Of a stretch of 64,000 nt of DNA, positions 1 to 9,887 are shown piece after piece. A program made the position numbers and the translations under genes. The notes under the pieces were generated by a model that worked only from the letters and a program-made list of their open reading frames with translations, was not told where the DNA came from and did no database searches. This DNA comes from an uncultured cyanobacterium (lineage in GTDB: Bacteria; Cyanobacteriota; Cyanobacteriia; Cyanobacteriales; Nostocaceae). The first letter of the stretch is position 1. Every line of letters starts with the position of its first letter. Where the stretch lies: assembly GCA_963706595.1 (NCBI GenBank), contig OY970166.1, positions 2,944,001-3,008,000 on the forward strand, in the 5' to 3' direction.

Positions 1-123
1 TTGACCCTTGCTACCAGATTTCGTATCTGGGAAACCAAAACTAAGAAGCGGAGAGGGACGGCTTTAGCCTCCCTCGTAGCAACAGTTTAGAATCCCCGTC
101 GCTTTAGCGCGGGGAGAGGTCAA
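1..123 (+). mobile_element. Right end of an IS200/IS605-family element (tnpB-type or derived MITE), truncated by the window start
   Basis: GAATCCCCGTCGCTTTAGCGCGGGGAGAGGTCAA: subterminal hairpin ending in TCAA, typical of IS605 right ends. Confidence 0.7.
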
Positions 124-158
124 AATAGAACAACAACTGATTGCGGACAGGGTTAATT

Positions 159-1886
159 ATGCTGGAACATGATGTGATTATTGTCGGAGGGGGATTGGCG
201 GGATGTCGCGCGGCTATGGAAATTGCACGCACTGACCCTAGTTTAAATATCGCTTTGGTGGCGAAAACTCATCCCATCCGTTCCCATTCTGTCGCCGCCC
301 AAGGTGGAATGGCGGCTTCTCTGAAAAATGTGGATTCTGAAGATAGTTGGGAAGCACACGCTTTTGATACTGTCAAGGGTTCTGACTATTTAGCCGACCA
401 AGACGCAGTGGCTATTCTCACCCAAGAAGCCCCAGATGTGGTGATTGATTTGGAACATATCGGGGTTTTATTCTCGCGTTTACCTGATGGTCGCATTGCT
501 CAACGAGCTTTTGGCGGACATTCTCACGATCGCACTTGCTACGCTGCGGATAAAACTGGTCATGCGATTCTGCACGAGTTGGTTAACAACCTGCGGCGTT
601 TTGGTGTGCATATCTATGAAGAATGGTATGTAATGCGCTTGATTTTAGAATCAGGTGAGGCCAAGGGTGTGGTGATGTTTCACCTGCTAGATGGGCATAT
701 AGAGGTGCTGCGGGCGAAGGCGGTAATGTTTGCCACTGGTGGCTATGGTCGCGTTTATAATACGACTTCTAATGATTATGCTTCTACAGGGGACGGTTTG
801 GCGATGACGGCGATCGCAGGTTTACCCCTAGAAGATATGGAATTTGTCCAGTTTCACCCCACGGGTTTGTATCCGGTAGGGGTGCTGATTTCGGAAGCTG
901 TGCGGGGAGAAGGAGCGTATTTAATTAATAGTGAAGGCGATCGCTTCATGAAAAATTACGCACCCAGTCGCATGGAATTAGCTCCTCGTGATATTACCTC
1001 ACGGGCGATATCTTACGAAATTCGCGCCGGGCGTGGTGTTCATCCTGATGGCAGTGCAGGGGGTCCCTGTGTTTATCTTGACCTGCGACACATGGGTAAA
1101 GAAAAAATTATGAGTCGTGTTCCCTTCTGTTGGGAAGAAGCCCACCGCTTAGTCGGTGTTGACGCAGTAACTCAGCCGATGCCGATTCGCCCCACAAATC
1201 ACTATTGTATGGGTGGTATCCCAGTGAACACCGATGGACGAGTTCGCAGCAGTGGAGATAATTTAGTTGAAGGCTTTTTTGCGGCTGGGGAGACAGCTTG
1301 TGTGTCTGTACACGGTGCTAATCGCCTTGGTAGTAACTCGCTACTAGAATGTATAGTTTATGGTAAGCGGACTGGGGCGGCGATCGCTCAATATGTGCAG
1401 AATCGTAAATTACCTGCTGTGAATGAAGAATACTACATCCAAGCAGCCCAGCAAGAAATCCAAGCCTTAATAGAACAGCCAGGGAAACATCGGATTAATC
1501 AAATTCGTCAAGCTTTCCAAGATTGTATGACTGAATGCTGTGCGGTTTTCCGGACTGAAGAAATTATGCGTGAAGGTTGGCAAAAAATCACTGAATTACA
1601 AGAAAAATATCCGCAAATATATTTAGACGACAAAGGTAGCTGCTGGAATACCGAACTTGTAGAAGCCTTAGAATTACGAAGTTTGATGGTGGTAGGACAA
1701 ACAATTCTGGCCTCAGCCCTAAATCGTCAAGAAAGTCGCGGCGCACACTTCCGGGAAGATTATCCCCAGCGAGACGATGCTAATTTTCTGCAACATACAA
1801 TGGCTTATTATTCACCCGCAGGCATTGATATTCAATATCGCCCCGTGGTAATTAATATGTTTGAGCCAAAAGAGCGAAAGTATTAG
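159..1886 (+). CDS. sdhA: Succinate dehydrogenase/fumarate reductase flavoprotein subunit
   Basis: GGGLAG FAD motif, [10 protein letters not shown] covalent-FAD His, [32 protein letters not shown] at 159 preferred to TTG at 141. Confidence 0.95.
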   Translation: MLEHDVIIVGGGLAGCRAAMEIARTDPSLNIALVAKTHPIRSHSVAAQGGMAASLKNVDSEDSWEAHAFDTVKGSDYLADQDAVAILTQEAPDVVIDLEHIGVLFSRLPDGRIAQRAFGGHSHDRTCYAADKTGHAILHELVNNLRRFGVHIYEEWYVMRLILESGEAKGVVMFHLLDGHIEVLRAKAVMFATGGYGRVYNTTSNDYASTGDGLAMTAIAGLPLEDMEFVQFHPTGLYPVGVLISEAVRGEGAYLINSEGDRFMKNYAPSRMELAPRDITSRAISYEIRAGRGVHPDGSAGGPCVYLDLRHMGKEKIMSRVPFCWEEAHRLVGVDAVTQPMPIRPTNHYCMGGIPVNTDGRVRSSGDNLVEGFFAAGETACVSVHGANRLGSNSLLECIVYGKRTGAAIAQYVQNRKLPAVNEEYYIQAAQQEIQALIEQPGKHRINQIRQAFQDCMTECCAVFRTEEIMREGWQKITELQEKYPQIYLDDKGSCWNTELVEALELRSLMVVGQTILASALNRQESRGAHFREDYPQRDDANFLQHTMAYYSPAGIDIQYRPVVINMFEPKERKY

Positions 1887-1939
1887 GAATGTTCGCAAAT
1901 TAAATTATTCATTTTGTAGTCCTCTTTTGATGCAGAGAT

Positions 1940-1983
1940 CGTTGAAGCAGGAATCGCATCATTTCTAGTCATGGGAGGTTCAA
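1940..1983 (+). mobile_element. Degenerate IS200/IS605 right-end remnant
   Basis: GTTGAAGCAGGAATCGCATCATTTCTAGTCATGGGAGGTTCAA resembles the tnpB 3'/right-end pattern ending in TCAA. Confidence 0.4.
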
Positions 1984-1986
1984 GTT

Positions 1987-2138
1987 TATAGGAATCCGAT
2001 TTGATTATTGAAAAAATCTAAGTATATGTAGGGTGTGTTATGGCTTTAGCCTAACGCACCGTCTTTTGGGGCTTGGTGCCGTACTCTCCTCGATAACACA
2101 CCCTACGTGTGTTTCATAAATCAAAGATGAATCCTATA
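1987..2138. mobile_element. MITE with TATAGGA...TCCTATA ends carrying an SDR hairpin
   Basis: Imperfect TIR TATAGGAATCCGATTTGATT / AATCAAAGATGAATCCTATA; internal GTAGGGTG...CCCTAC. Confidence 0.65.
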
Positions 2139-2226
2139 TTATGCAAAAAAACATAATTTTTCAAGACTTAACTCTCTTTTTATAGAGGACAAAAAAAATG
2201 GCAATTATAATAACTATTATGATTGA

Positions 2227-2332
2227 TATAGCAATTCCCATTCACGTGAGGTACAAGCACTAATAATTAAACGCAGATGGACGCAGATAAACGCAGATAA
2301 TTTTGTACTTTATTAGACTGGTAAATGCTATA
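2227..2332. mobile_element. 106-bp MITE type B (TATAGC...GCTATA; ACGCAGAT repeat cargo)
   Basis: Near-identical partial copies at ~13011-13097 and ~41890-41977. Confidence 0.75.
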
Positions 2333-2501
2333 TTGATATATAGTTCTTGACTAGTTTAGCTCTGCCTGGGAACTTTTTTTAAAAGCAATTCAATCATACT
2401 ATTAGAAGTGTGAAACACTATAAAACTTACTTTTAACCTGTCCCTTGTAACAGTCAAGTTAGAGTGTCCACAGACCACTGTAGTGTAAAGATGAAAAAGT
2501 T

Positions 2502-3008
2502 ATGAAAACAACAATTCCTGGGTATGCCTTATTATCAGTTTTTGGTGCAGCGCTTGCTTTTTCAAGTATTGTGCCAATAACTCCTGTTCAAGCCCAAAGG
2601 CACTGTCTCAGGACGACTAGACCAGAAATTACCGAACTTTTCGACCGATGGAACAGGTCTTTACAAACAGGTGATCCAAATTTAGTTACTCAGAATTATG
2701 CCAGAAATGCTATTTTGTTGCCGACAGTTTCCAACCAAGTGCGACGAAATCATGAAGAAATTCAGGATTATTTTGTCAAGTTCTTAAAAAAGAAACCCGT
2801 AGGCAAAATTAATTACCGTAGTATTCGCCTTTATTGCGATGTCGCTATTGATTCAGGGATATATACATTTACAGTCGTCAATAATGGTCAAATTCAGCAA
2901 GTTCCAGCAAGATATACCTTTGTCTATAATCGAGTTGGCAATCAATGGCTAATAGCAGAACATCACTCTTCAGCTATGCCAGAAACAATTACTAGCAGCG
3001 CTGAATAG
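2502..3008 (+). CDS. Secreted SgcJ/EcaC (DUF4440, CaMKII association domain/NTF2-like) protein
   Basis: Signal peptide; LFDRWNxSLQTGDP, LLPTVSN, DSGIYTF, ARYTFVY, HHSSAMP. Confidence 0.85.
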   Translation: MKTTIPGYALLSVFGAALAFSSIVPITPVQAQRHCLRTTRPEITELFDRWNRSLQTGDPNLVTQNYARNAILLPTVSNQVRRNHEEIQDYFVKFLKKKPVGKINYRSIRLYCDVAIDSGIYTFTVVNNGQIQQVPARYTFVYNRVGNQWLIAEHHSSAMPETITSSAE

Positions 3009-3019
3009 GATTATTATTA

Positions 3020-3376
3020 GAGGATGTTTTAAAAGTCTTATTGTCGGTAGCAAAACATTCTAGATCCCCCTAAATCCCCCTTAAAAAGGGGGACTTTGAT
3101 TCTAATTCCCCCCTTTTCAAGGCAGGGCTGTTTCATTCCATCAGGAGGGAGGATTTGTCAATATCATTAGGGATAATTTTTGGGACATAAGTCATGGAAA
3201 ACCTACATTTCAATCCAAAAAATTCAAATTTTTCTCAGGATATTTAGAGCGATCGCTTTAAATATCCCTTGACATAATAAGCCTTTGAGGGAATGAAACA
3301 GCCCTGCTTTTCAAGGGGGGATAGGGGGGATCATTAAGTGCCTAAAATCACAGCCGGACACTTTTCAAACAACCTC
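3020..3376. mobile_element. Outer MITE with IS5/IS1031-like ends and TTA target duplication
   Basis: TIR GAGGATGTTTTAAAAGT / ACTTTTCAAACAACCTC; TTA at 3017-3019 and 3377-3379. Confidence 0.75.
3123..3306. mobile_element. Inner 184-bp MITE with ISAs1-like CAGGG ends and 10-bp target duplication
   Basis: Perfect 17-bp TIR CAGGGCTGTTTCATTCC; CTTTTCAAGG at 3113-3122 and 3307-3316. Confidence 0.85.
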
Positions 3377-3420
3377 TTAGGGATAAAATCAAAGTGGAGT
3401 TAAGCAAAATTTATTGTTGC

Positions 3421-3449
3421 TTGACTCCTACTAAAGATAGATGTATAAT
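3421..3449 (+). promoter_or_regulatory. Sigma70-type promoter for the riboswitch/TMEM165 gene
   Basis: TTGACT-17 nt-TATAAT. Confidence 0.75.
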
Positions 3450-3461
3450 TGATATCAAATC

Positions 3462-3580
3462 GAAGGGGAGTAGCTGCTGGTACGTAAGTTTTAATTTACA
3501 AGCCAGTGCATCTGAATCAACATACTGGCGATGAGCCTGGTTCAGATGACAAATAAAAAATATTTGGTAGCGAGACCTTC
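3462..3580 (+). ncRNA. yybP-ykoY (Mn2+) riboswitch
   Basis: GAAGGGGAGTAGC...TCAACATAC...GCGAGACCTTC conserved blocks, GAAGG/CCTTC closing stem, upstream of a UPF0016 transporter. Confidence 0.85.
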
Positions 3581-3679
3581 ACTGAGTTTACACAAAAAAT
3601 TGTGTGAAGCTCTCAGTGAAGTCTGACCACTCTCATTGAAGCTCCACACAGGTAAAAAATCCTTCAGGAGTTTGAGAGA

Positions 3680-4294
3680 GTGTTAACAGCATTTACAGCA
3701 GGTTTATTCCTAATTACAATTTCGGAGCTAGGGGATAAAACATTTTTTATCGCTGTCATTTTGGCGATGAAACACTCGCGAAAGCTAGTCTTCATCGGTG
3801 TGGCATCCGCCTTAGCTGCGATGACAATTATATCGGTACTATTTGGGCAAGTTGTATCTTTATTGCCACAAACTTATGTGAAATACGCCGAAATAGTTTT
3901 ATTTTTTGCCTTTGGGATAAAGCTGTTATATGCAGCTAGTAAAATGTCTGGTGGTAACTGTGAGACAGAAGTCAATGAGGCTAAAGAGGCAGTAGAAAAA
4001 GCCGAGTCAGAAACAAATATAAAAACTCCTTTAGCAATTTTAATAGAAGCCTTTACACTCACATTTGTAGCAGAATGGGGCGATCGCACACAAATTGCTA
4101 CCATTGCCCTAGCCGCCAGCTATAACGCCGTAGGAGTCGCTGCGGGTGCAGTTTTAGGACACGCAATTTGTACCGCGATCGCAGTCATTGGCGGTAAACT
4201 CATAGCCGGACGCATTTCCGAACGTCAACTCACCTTTGCCGGCGGCTGTCTATTTCTGATTTTTGGTATCGTTGCGGCTGTAGAAGGAATTTGA
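3680..4294 (+). CDS. TMEM165/GDT1 (UPF0016) Mn2+/Ca2+ transporter
   Basis: Twin motifs ELGDKTF and EWGDRTQ. Confidence 0.93.
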   Translation: MLTAFTAGLFLITISELGDKTFFIAVILAMKHSRKLVFIGVASALAAMTIISVLFGQVVSLLPQTYVKYAEIVLFFAFGIKLLYAASKMSGGNCETEVNEAKEAVEKAESETNIKTPLAILIEAFTLTFVAEWGDRTQIATIALAASYNAVGVAAGAVLGHAICTAIAVIGGKLIAGRISERQLTFAGGCLFLIFGIVAAVEGI

Positions 4295-4413
4295 GGTGGG
4301 GAGTTGGAAGAAGCAGGGGGGCAGGGAGCAGGGTGCAGGGGGGAGTTGGAAATTACTACTTTATACTCCCGGCTGCTGAATAACCTTTCCTCTTCTCCCC
4401 TACCCCTATATCC

Positions 4414-5289
4414 TTATTCTTCAGCAGGAGTTGAGGGCGATTCAGCAGGCGCTGGCGCTGGCGCAGGAGAGGGAGAAGCCGCCGCCCTGTTAATTTCATC
4501 CTTGTATTGAGCAGGTGCTAAAGCCACAGCGCTATCAAATAAAGGTTTAGCCTCTTCAACTTTGCCTTGTTCTCTGAAAAGCATTGCTTTTGCTAAAACG
4601 GGACGAAAATCTTGAGGATCTTTCTTAATTGCTTGCTCATAGACAGAAGTAGCTTGAGGATAGCGCTTCTGGGAAGCATGAACAGTCCCTAATAGCACCT
4701 GTACAGCCACCGTATCCACACTTCCCGGCTGAATTTTATTTCCCTGATCTGCATTGGAAAGGGTCTGTTCAAGCAAACCAACGGCGGATTCAGGACGTTG
4801 CTGATCTAACAACAGAGCAACCATGCCCTGCAAAGCCTTTAAATCACCGGGTTTAGTGTCTAAAATGGAGCGATAAGCTTGAGCTGCGCCTTCTTGGTCG
4901 CCCAGTTGCTGCTTTGCTTGAGCTAACAGCACTCCATATTCTGACTGTTGCGGATTGAGTTTAGCTAGCTTTTCTAGCGGCTCAATTACTCCTTGAATCT
5001 CACCTTGTTTTAAACTGAGCAGTTGTAGCCTCGCCTGCAATAAGCCATTCAGCGCAGTTTGATTTTCTGGTTCCCGTTGCAAAACCAATTCATAACCTCG
5101 TACTTCGTCTTGCAACTTTGATAATTGGTCAGAGGAAGGTACGCTGCTGTTAGTGCTGGCGGCATTTTGGTTTGAGGACGACGGATTATTAATGGCGCTA
5201 ATAATAGGAATGACCGAAACGCCCACAAAAGCAGAAACTGCGAGCGCTAAGATGATCCTAACTAGCCAACGATTGCGCGGTTGAGACAC
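4414..5289 (-). CDS. Membrane-anchored TPR-repeat protein
   Basis: N-terminal hydrophobic helix, several TPR-like repeats. Confidence 0.8.
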   Translation of the reverse strand: MSQPRNRWLVRIILALAVSAFVGVSVIPIISAINNPSSSNQNAASTNSSVPSSDQLSKLQDEVRGYELVLQREPENQTALNGLLQARLQLLSLKQGEIQGVIEPLEKLAKLNPQQSEYGVLLAQAKQQLGDQEGAAQAYRSILDTKPGDLKALQGMVALLLDQQRPESAVGLLEQTLSNADQGNKIQPGSVDTVAVQVLLGTVHASQKRYPQATSVYEQAIKKDPQDFRPVLAKAMLFREQGKVEEAKPLFDSAVALAPAQYKDEINRAAASPSPAPAPAPAESPSTPAEE

Positions 5290-5664
5290 AGTTTTGTCTT
5301 ACTCCAGAATTCAAACGACATGATCATTTACATAAATCGGAAAGCGAAAAATTTCCAAAACCTTGCGGAATACCGCCAATTGCCTGTGAATTTTATAACA
5401 ATTAACTATTCACATTGCCAAAGTAAGTGATGACTTTAGGAGGAGCCGTCAGAATTGTACTTATGATATGCTTCCGAAACTAGTGTAAAGGCTCTCAGTT
5501 ACATTAGCGTATTAATGCAAATGTAGCGTCTTTACCATTGTCTTGGGCGCTCTGGTGTAGGTTTATGAAAAGCCAATATAGTTTCATCAACCGCACAAAC
5601 GCTTTTTTTCCATTGCCTTCGTAAAATCCCATTATGGGATGTATCTCCGCCGCAAGGAGTTTTT

Positions 5665-6657
5665 ATGAATTCCGACCTGATGCCTTTGCCTGAATCTTCC
5701 AACTCTTCTACCAACCATCAGCCTCTAACCTATAAAGAGGCTACCGCTAATGTTCATACAGTAGCAGTGCATGACTCTAAGCCAGAAAAATCCTCCGTTC
5801 AGCCTGGGGAAACTACCTCAAATGGAAACCTAAGTCATCGCCTGCGACCGATTCCACCTCCCAGTGAGCCGATGCAGTACCGAGCCATCGGGTTAGTCCG
5901 AGGTCGTTACCTTGCTAGCAGCGAACAATTTACTCAAGGTATACTGCTAACCAAAGATGGTGTAGAACTCAACGCCGTCCTACTCGGCCGGATTATGAGC
6001 TTAGTCAAAAATCACCTTGATTTAGAAAAAGATCATTTGTGGGTAGTTTATCCCCGCACACGCCAAGAAAACGACACCTTGCACCTCCAAATTGTTGGGG
6101 TTTGGGAGCCAGAAAATCTGGCTCAACAGCCAACAGAGGAGGAAAAGCCAGATTCGGGTTCCCAAAAGTTGCAGACAACTGATGATCATGTACCCGAAAA
6201 CCAAGAAGAATTTTCTGATGGTAGTTTTTCTGTTCGTGGCGAAGTGGTGTACCAGTCTTTTGACGCTAAGAGCTTAGTGGTCAAAATTAAGCAAGCGCCG
6301 CGCAAATCAACCGATAAACCCAAATATTTTAAGTTGAAACTGCGGGGTGTACTGAGTACCAAAGCCGTGAGCAAGTTCTGGGACTTTAAAGCCAAGCGGG
6401 AAGCTGACGTATTAGTAGTAGAAAAAGCCGAAGCGATCGCCGATCTGCCCAAAAAACGCAAACCACCCTTCAAAGGTGGCTTTCGTGCTGGTGGTGGTGC
6501 TGGTGGCGCTGGGAGAAAACCATTTCCCCCTAGACGCAGTGGAGAAACCCCAAAACCAATCAAGAAAACAGCCGGCGAACCATCGGCGGTATCCAAACCT
6601 ATACCAAAAGCCCCAGCGCCTAAGCCTATTAAACGGCCAAAGCCAACTCAGGAGTAG
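5665..6657 (+). CDS. Conserved cyanobacterial hypothetical protein with basic Pro/Lys-rich tail
   Basis: 330-aa ORF, PIPPPSEPMQYRAIGLVRGRY block, AGGAG RBS. Confidence 0.75.
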   Translation: MNSDLMPLPESSNSSTNHQPLTYKEATANVHTVAVHDSKPEKSSVQPGETTSNGNLSHRLRPIPPPSEPMQYRAIGLVRGRYLASSEQFTQGILLTKDGVELNAVLLGRIMSLVKNHLDLEKDHLWVVYPRTRQENDTLHLQIVGVWEPENLAQQPTEEEKPDSGSQKLQTTDDHVPENQEEFSDGSFSVRGEVVYQSFDAKSLVVKIKQAPRKSTDKPKYFKLKLRGVLSTKAVSKFWDFKAKREADVLVVEKAEAIADLPKKRKPPFKGGFRAGGGAGGAGRKPFPPRRSGETPKPIKKTAGEPSAVSKPIPKAPAPKPIKRPKPTQE

Positions 6658-6678
6658 GGAGTAGGGAGTAGGGAGTAG
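6651..6678. repeat. STRR (GGAGTAG)x4
   Basis: Direct reading; first unit contains the TAG stop. Confidence 0.9.
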
Positions 6679-6712
6679 GGGGGAAGAACCTTCTCCATCC
6701 CAGTCCCCAACC

Positions 6713-7882
6713 CTAAAAGTCCGTCCAACGGTCTTGGGGTAAAAATGACCTGTCCATCGGAATGGGAGCCACAGGTTCGGTGAGGGTAAAAGTACCTGCG
6801 GAAATCCATTGTTTTAATTCTGTGGCAATTTGCCGAGAAAAAAACATACTGGCTAGGGGAGCAACTCTCACAGTTTTACCCTCAATGGTGATGCGCCCAG
6901 ACTTGAGTTGGGCGTAACTCACTAAACCAAAGGTAGGACGAACGCGCCGAGGAATCGAAAAGTCTACGATGGGCGCGACTAAATCTTTATCTTGAACACT
7001 ACAGCATTTAACTACTTCTTCGTTTAATACCGGGAGGGGGACACCTACACCCAGCATTAACGAGGGACCATAGCTTTTAAAGTAACAACCCCGCACCCAA
7101 CGCGCATCCATTTGTTTGGCATCTCCGATTAAGGCTAAAGTGGCAGAGGGGCCAATGGGTGTACGATTGGGTAAACGCTTTTGTAAGGGGAAGTGTTGAG
7201 TACCTTCCCAAGCGACGTAGCCAATACCGCCACCTAAAAAAATACGTGTACCAATGCCAACAAGTTGCAAATCGGGGTCGTTAAGTAAGGGGGAAATTGC
7301 TCCAGGGTTAGAGTAAACGGCATTTCCTAAACTCGGTTGTAATGGTCCGAGGTAAGTAAATAGTGGGCGATCGCCTCCGTTCACACCTACAATAAAATTC
7401 TGGTAAAGATTACGTGGATTGAATAAATAAAACTGATTAATGGTGTCACGGGTAACAGTAGTTTCAAAAGTCGCTCGTGGGTAACAATCTGTGACTTGTC
7501 CTTGAGCTTTTACGTGTACAGGTTTCCCGGCGATTAAGTTCTCAATTACATGACCACCACCATGTTCGCGGATTTCTTCCCCATCCATGACATCTACAGA
7601 ACAACTAGCACCCAAGTATAAATCGACTGCCCCAAAACCTGAGTATGCTGGTACGCCATCTATCCAACAGCGCCGAATTTTAATTGGGGGGTCAGTATGT
7701 CCGAGATTAATAATTGCACCACTGGATTCCATTGGCTCAAATGTCCCAGTAGTAATTACATCAACTTCTTTAGCAACTTTACTCACGCCGACTTCGGCTA
7801 CTCGTGCTTTTAATTCTTCAATTGTCAATACTACTGCACGTTTGCGGCTGATTTTTTCGTTAATTTCGGCAATTGTTCGCAT
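6713..7882 (-). CDS. Homocysteine biosynthesis protein (DUF39; aspartate semialdehyde sulfurtransferase-like)
   Basis: MRTIAEINEKI start, DVITTGTFEPMESSG, TDCYPR, NPRNLYQN motifs. Confidence 0.85.
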   Translation of the reverse strand: MRTIAEINEKISRKRAVVLTIEELKARVAEVGVSKVAKEVDVITTGTFEPMESSGAIINLGHTDPPIKIRRCWIDGVPAYSGFGAVDLYLGASCSVDVMDGEEIREHGGGHVIENLIAGKPVHVKAQGQVTDCYPRATFETTVTRDTINQFYLFNPRNLYQNFIVGVNGGDRPLFTYLGPLQPSLGNAVYSNPGAISPLLNDPDLQLVGIGTRIFLGGGIGYVAWEGTQHFPLQKRLPNRTPIGPSATLALIGDAKQMDARWVRGCYFKSYGPSLMLGVGVPLPVLNEEVVKCCSVQDKDLVAPIVDFSIPRRVRPTFGLVSYAQLKSGRITIEGKTVRVAPLASMFFSRQIATELKQWISAGTFTLTEPVAPIPMDRSFLPQDRWTDF

Positions 7883-7993
7883 CTTAAATATAATTTTCCG
7901 ATAAGTAATCCCGGTAGGTTGGGTTGTTCGCGTCAGCGTTGCGGAGCAATTTGCATTTTTCGTTCTTCCTGATAATTAGCTAATTTTTTCTCA

Positions 7994-8110
7994 TACCATT
8001 TCTTTGTGAGGCTGCGCCGAATTTTTGAACCTTTTCTTTTCTGTCTCTGTGTCCTCTGCGTCTCTGTGGTTCGTTTAACTTTAAATTAGGCGCATCTTTA
8101 TACAGAATAG
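7994..8110. mobile_element. Probable MITE
   Basis: Imperfect inverted ends TTTCTTTGTGAGGCTGCGCC / GGCGCATCTTTATACAGAA; internal CTCTGYG repeats. Confidence 0.5.
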
Positions 8111-8339
8111 GACTTAAACACTGTATAAATTAATCATGGTGTGCTATTACCAAAACAGCCAATTTCCGGCTTTGAACAATGATTATGTTGATAGTCAATA
8201 TACCCGTGTGGTAGGGGTTTAGCAATGCTAAACCCCTACGAAATATGTGCTTTTTAGTGTTAAACATATTTGGTATGTATTGTCAATATTATCAATGCTG
8301 TTGTTGGGTTGTACTGTCGCTTAACCCAACCTACATCTA

Positions 8340-9290
8340 TTAATCTGCTTCTGGTAAATTAGAGTTAACAATCTGTGCAAACTCTTCTAAAGAATTAACG
8401 CTAATTGTTGATACAAGAAGTTGTTCTAAAAAGGATGTATCATCAATTTGATTAATGCTTGCAACTAAATTTTCGGGAATATCACCAAACCGCACTTGTA
8501 CAAGTTTGATAATATTTTGTTTCAGAGTTTGTTTTGTGGTTTTTTCTATAGCGCGTTGTTCGATGTTAGTTAAAAGTGGCATTTTTCGTTCCTCTTGATA
8601 ATTAGCTAATTTTTCTTCAAAACTTAATTGCAGGTCTTGAGATAAAGCCATCATTAAATCAATGACTTTATACAAATCAACAATTTCTTTACGGTTATAA
8701 CCTCTTTCATAAAGTAATCTAGCTAAGTTCCATTTCCACTGTTCCCTAGCTGACAAATTGCTGTTAGTGGCTTTAGTCTTTAAATGTGCCATTACCACTA
8801 TAGCAAAAATATTATTACTTTGCTCTAACTCTTCCCATTGATAATCTAGAAGCTTAACACTAGAAAAGTTAAAGATTAATTGACTACTTCCTAAGCCATA
8901 TTGGTAAGAGCTAGGTCGCCAACTGTTGGTTTCATCTCCTAGTATGGCTAAACTAATAACTGGTTTTTGATATAAATCAAAAGCTCGATAGTTATAGATA
9001 AACATTCTTTGTGAAAATTCTTTATCATATTGACTTTGTACTTCTACATGGATTAATATCCAAACTTCTTGATTATCTAACAACCACACTTGAAATAACT
9101 TATCAGCATGGCGTGTTTTGCTGTCCGCAGAGGCGGTAATCTGTTCTAATTCTTTATCTAGAGAAATGGGGTTTTTCGTCCAATCAATTTGTTGATATAT
9201 TTCTGGGTAAAAGAAGGTGATAAATGAATCAAAATAATCTCCTATTACTTCTTTCCAGGTTTCATCATAGTTAGCTGTAATTTCCGTCAT
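8340..9290 (-). CDS. Rpn-like PD-(D/E)xK nuclease / putative transposase family protein
   Basis: YDETWK, LDKELEQI, ADKLFQV, HVEVQSQ, RMFIYNYR; DUF4351-like C-terminus. Confidence 0.8.
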   Translation of the reverse strand: MTEITANYDETWKEVIGDYFDSFITFFYPEIYQQIDWTKNPISLDKELEQITASADSKTRHADKLFQVWLLDNQEVWILIHVEVQSQYDKEFSQRMFIYNYRAFDLYQKPVISLAILGDETNSWRPSSYQYGLGSSQLIFNFSSVKLLDYQWEELEQSNNIFAIVVMAHLKTKATNSNLSAREQWKWNLARLLYERGYNRKEIVDLYKVIDLMMALSQDLQLSFEEKLANYQEERKMPLLTNIEQRAIEKTTKQTLKQNIIKLVQVRFGDIPENLVASINQIDDTSFLEQLLVSTISVNSLEEFAQIVNSNLPEAD

Positions 9291-9334
9291 TGTAATTAAA
9301 ATAGTGTTAGTAATTATCTAAGAGTGTTTGTTTA

Positions 9335-9652
9335 TATAGCAGTCCTAAGTCATTTCTGAACCTCTTTACTTCTTCACTTGGCGACCTTGGCGGCTTGGCG
9401 GTCAGATAAATTCGTAAATCAAATAGGATGGCTATATATAGCGGTTATCAGTTAAGTGAGATACAAGAACCCCACCCCCAACCCCCTCCCCGCAAGCGAG
9501 GAGGGGGCTATGATGTCCTTCATTCGAGTGCATACCGCCATAGCGTATTGCAGGTTAATGAGGTACACCAAGAAATAATCAACCACAGATAAACACAGAG
9601 TTACAGAAAACCTACTCAAATGTATAGGTACTTACGCGATTTCAAATTGCCA
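9335..9652. mobile_element. Stack of three abutting TA-flanked MITEs (9335-9436, 9437-9542, ~9541-9652)
   Basis: Successive TATAGC...GC(T/C)ATA ends; the middle copy matches 12355-12460. Confidence 0.7.
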
Positions 9653-9887
9653 GGGCTAGTATTCTCAGACACCTATAGTCAATCATAAAGTGATTTATAC
9701 AATAAAGTAGCCCCAGAAGGGTTAATCACGGGCGAGGTTCTCACCCCAAATTTTCGGTAGGATGATTCAAGATGCAAAAGAGGCTAGGGGTGACAGACTA
9801 GATATTAGTCTTCTCCCGCTTTTGTGAAGACGAGCTTAATTCGCTCTCTACAGCACTCGGCAATATTTCAACAAACAAGCACACTCC

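Noticed and set aside
4304..4510. Short antisense/overlapping ORFs here and throughout the ORF track
   Set aside because: They overlap well-supported genes and lack motifs
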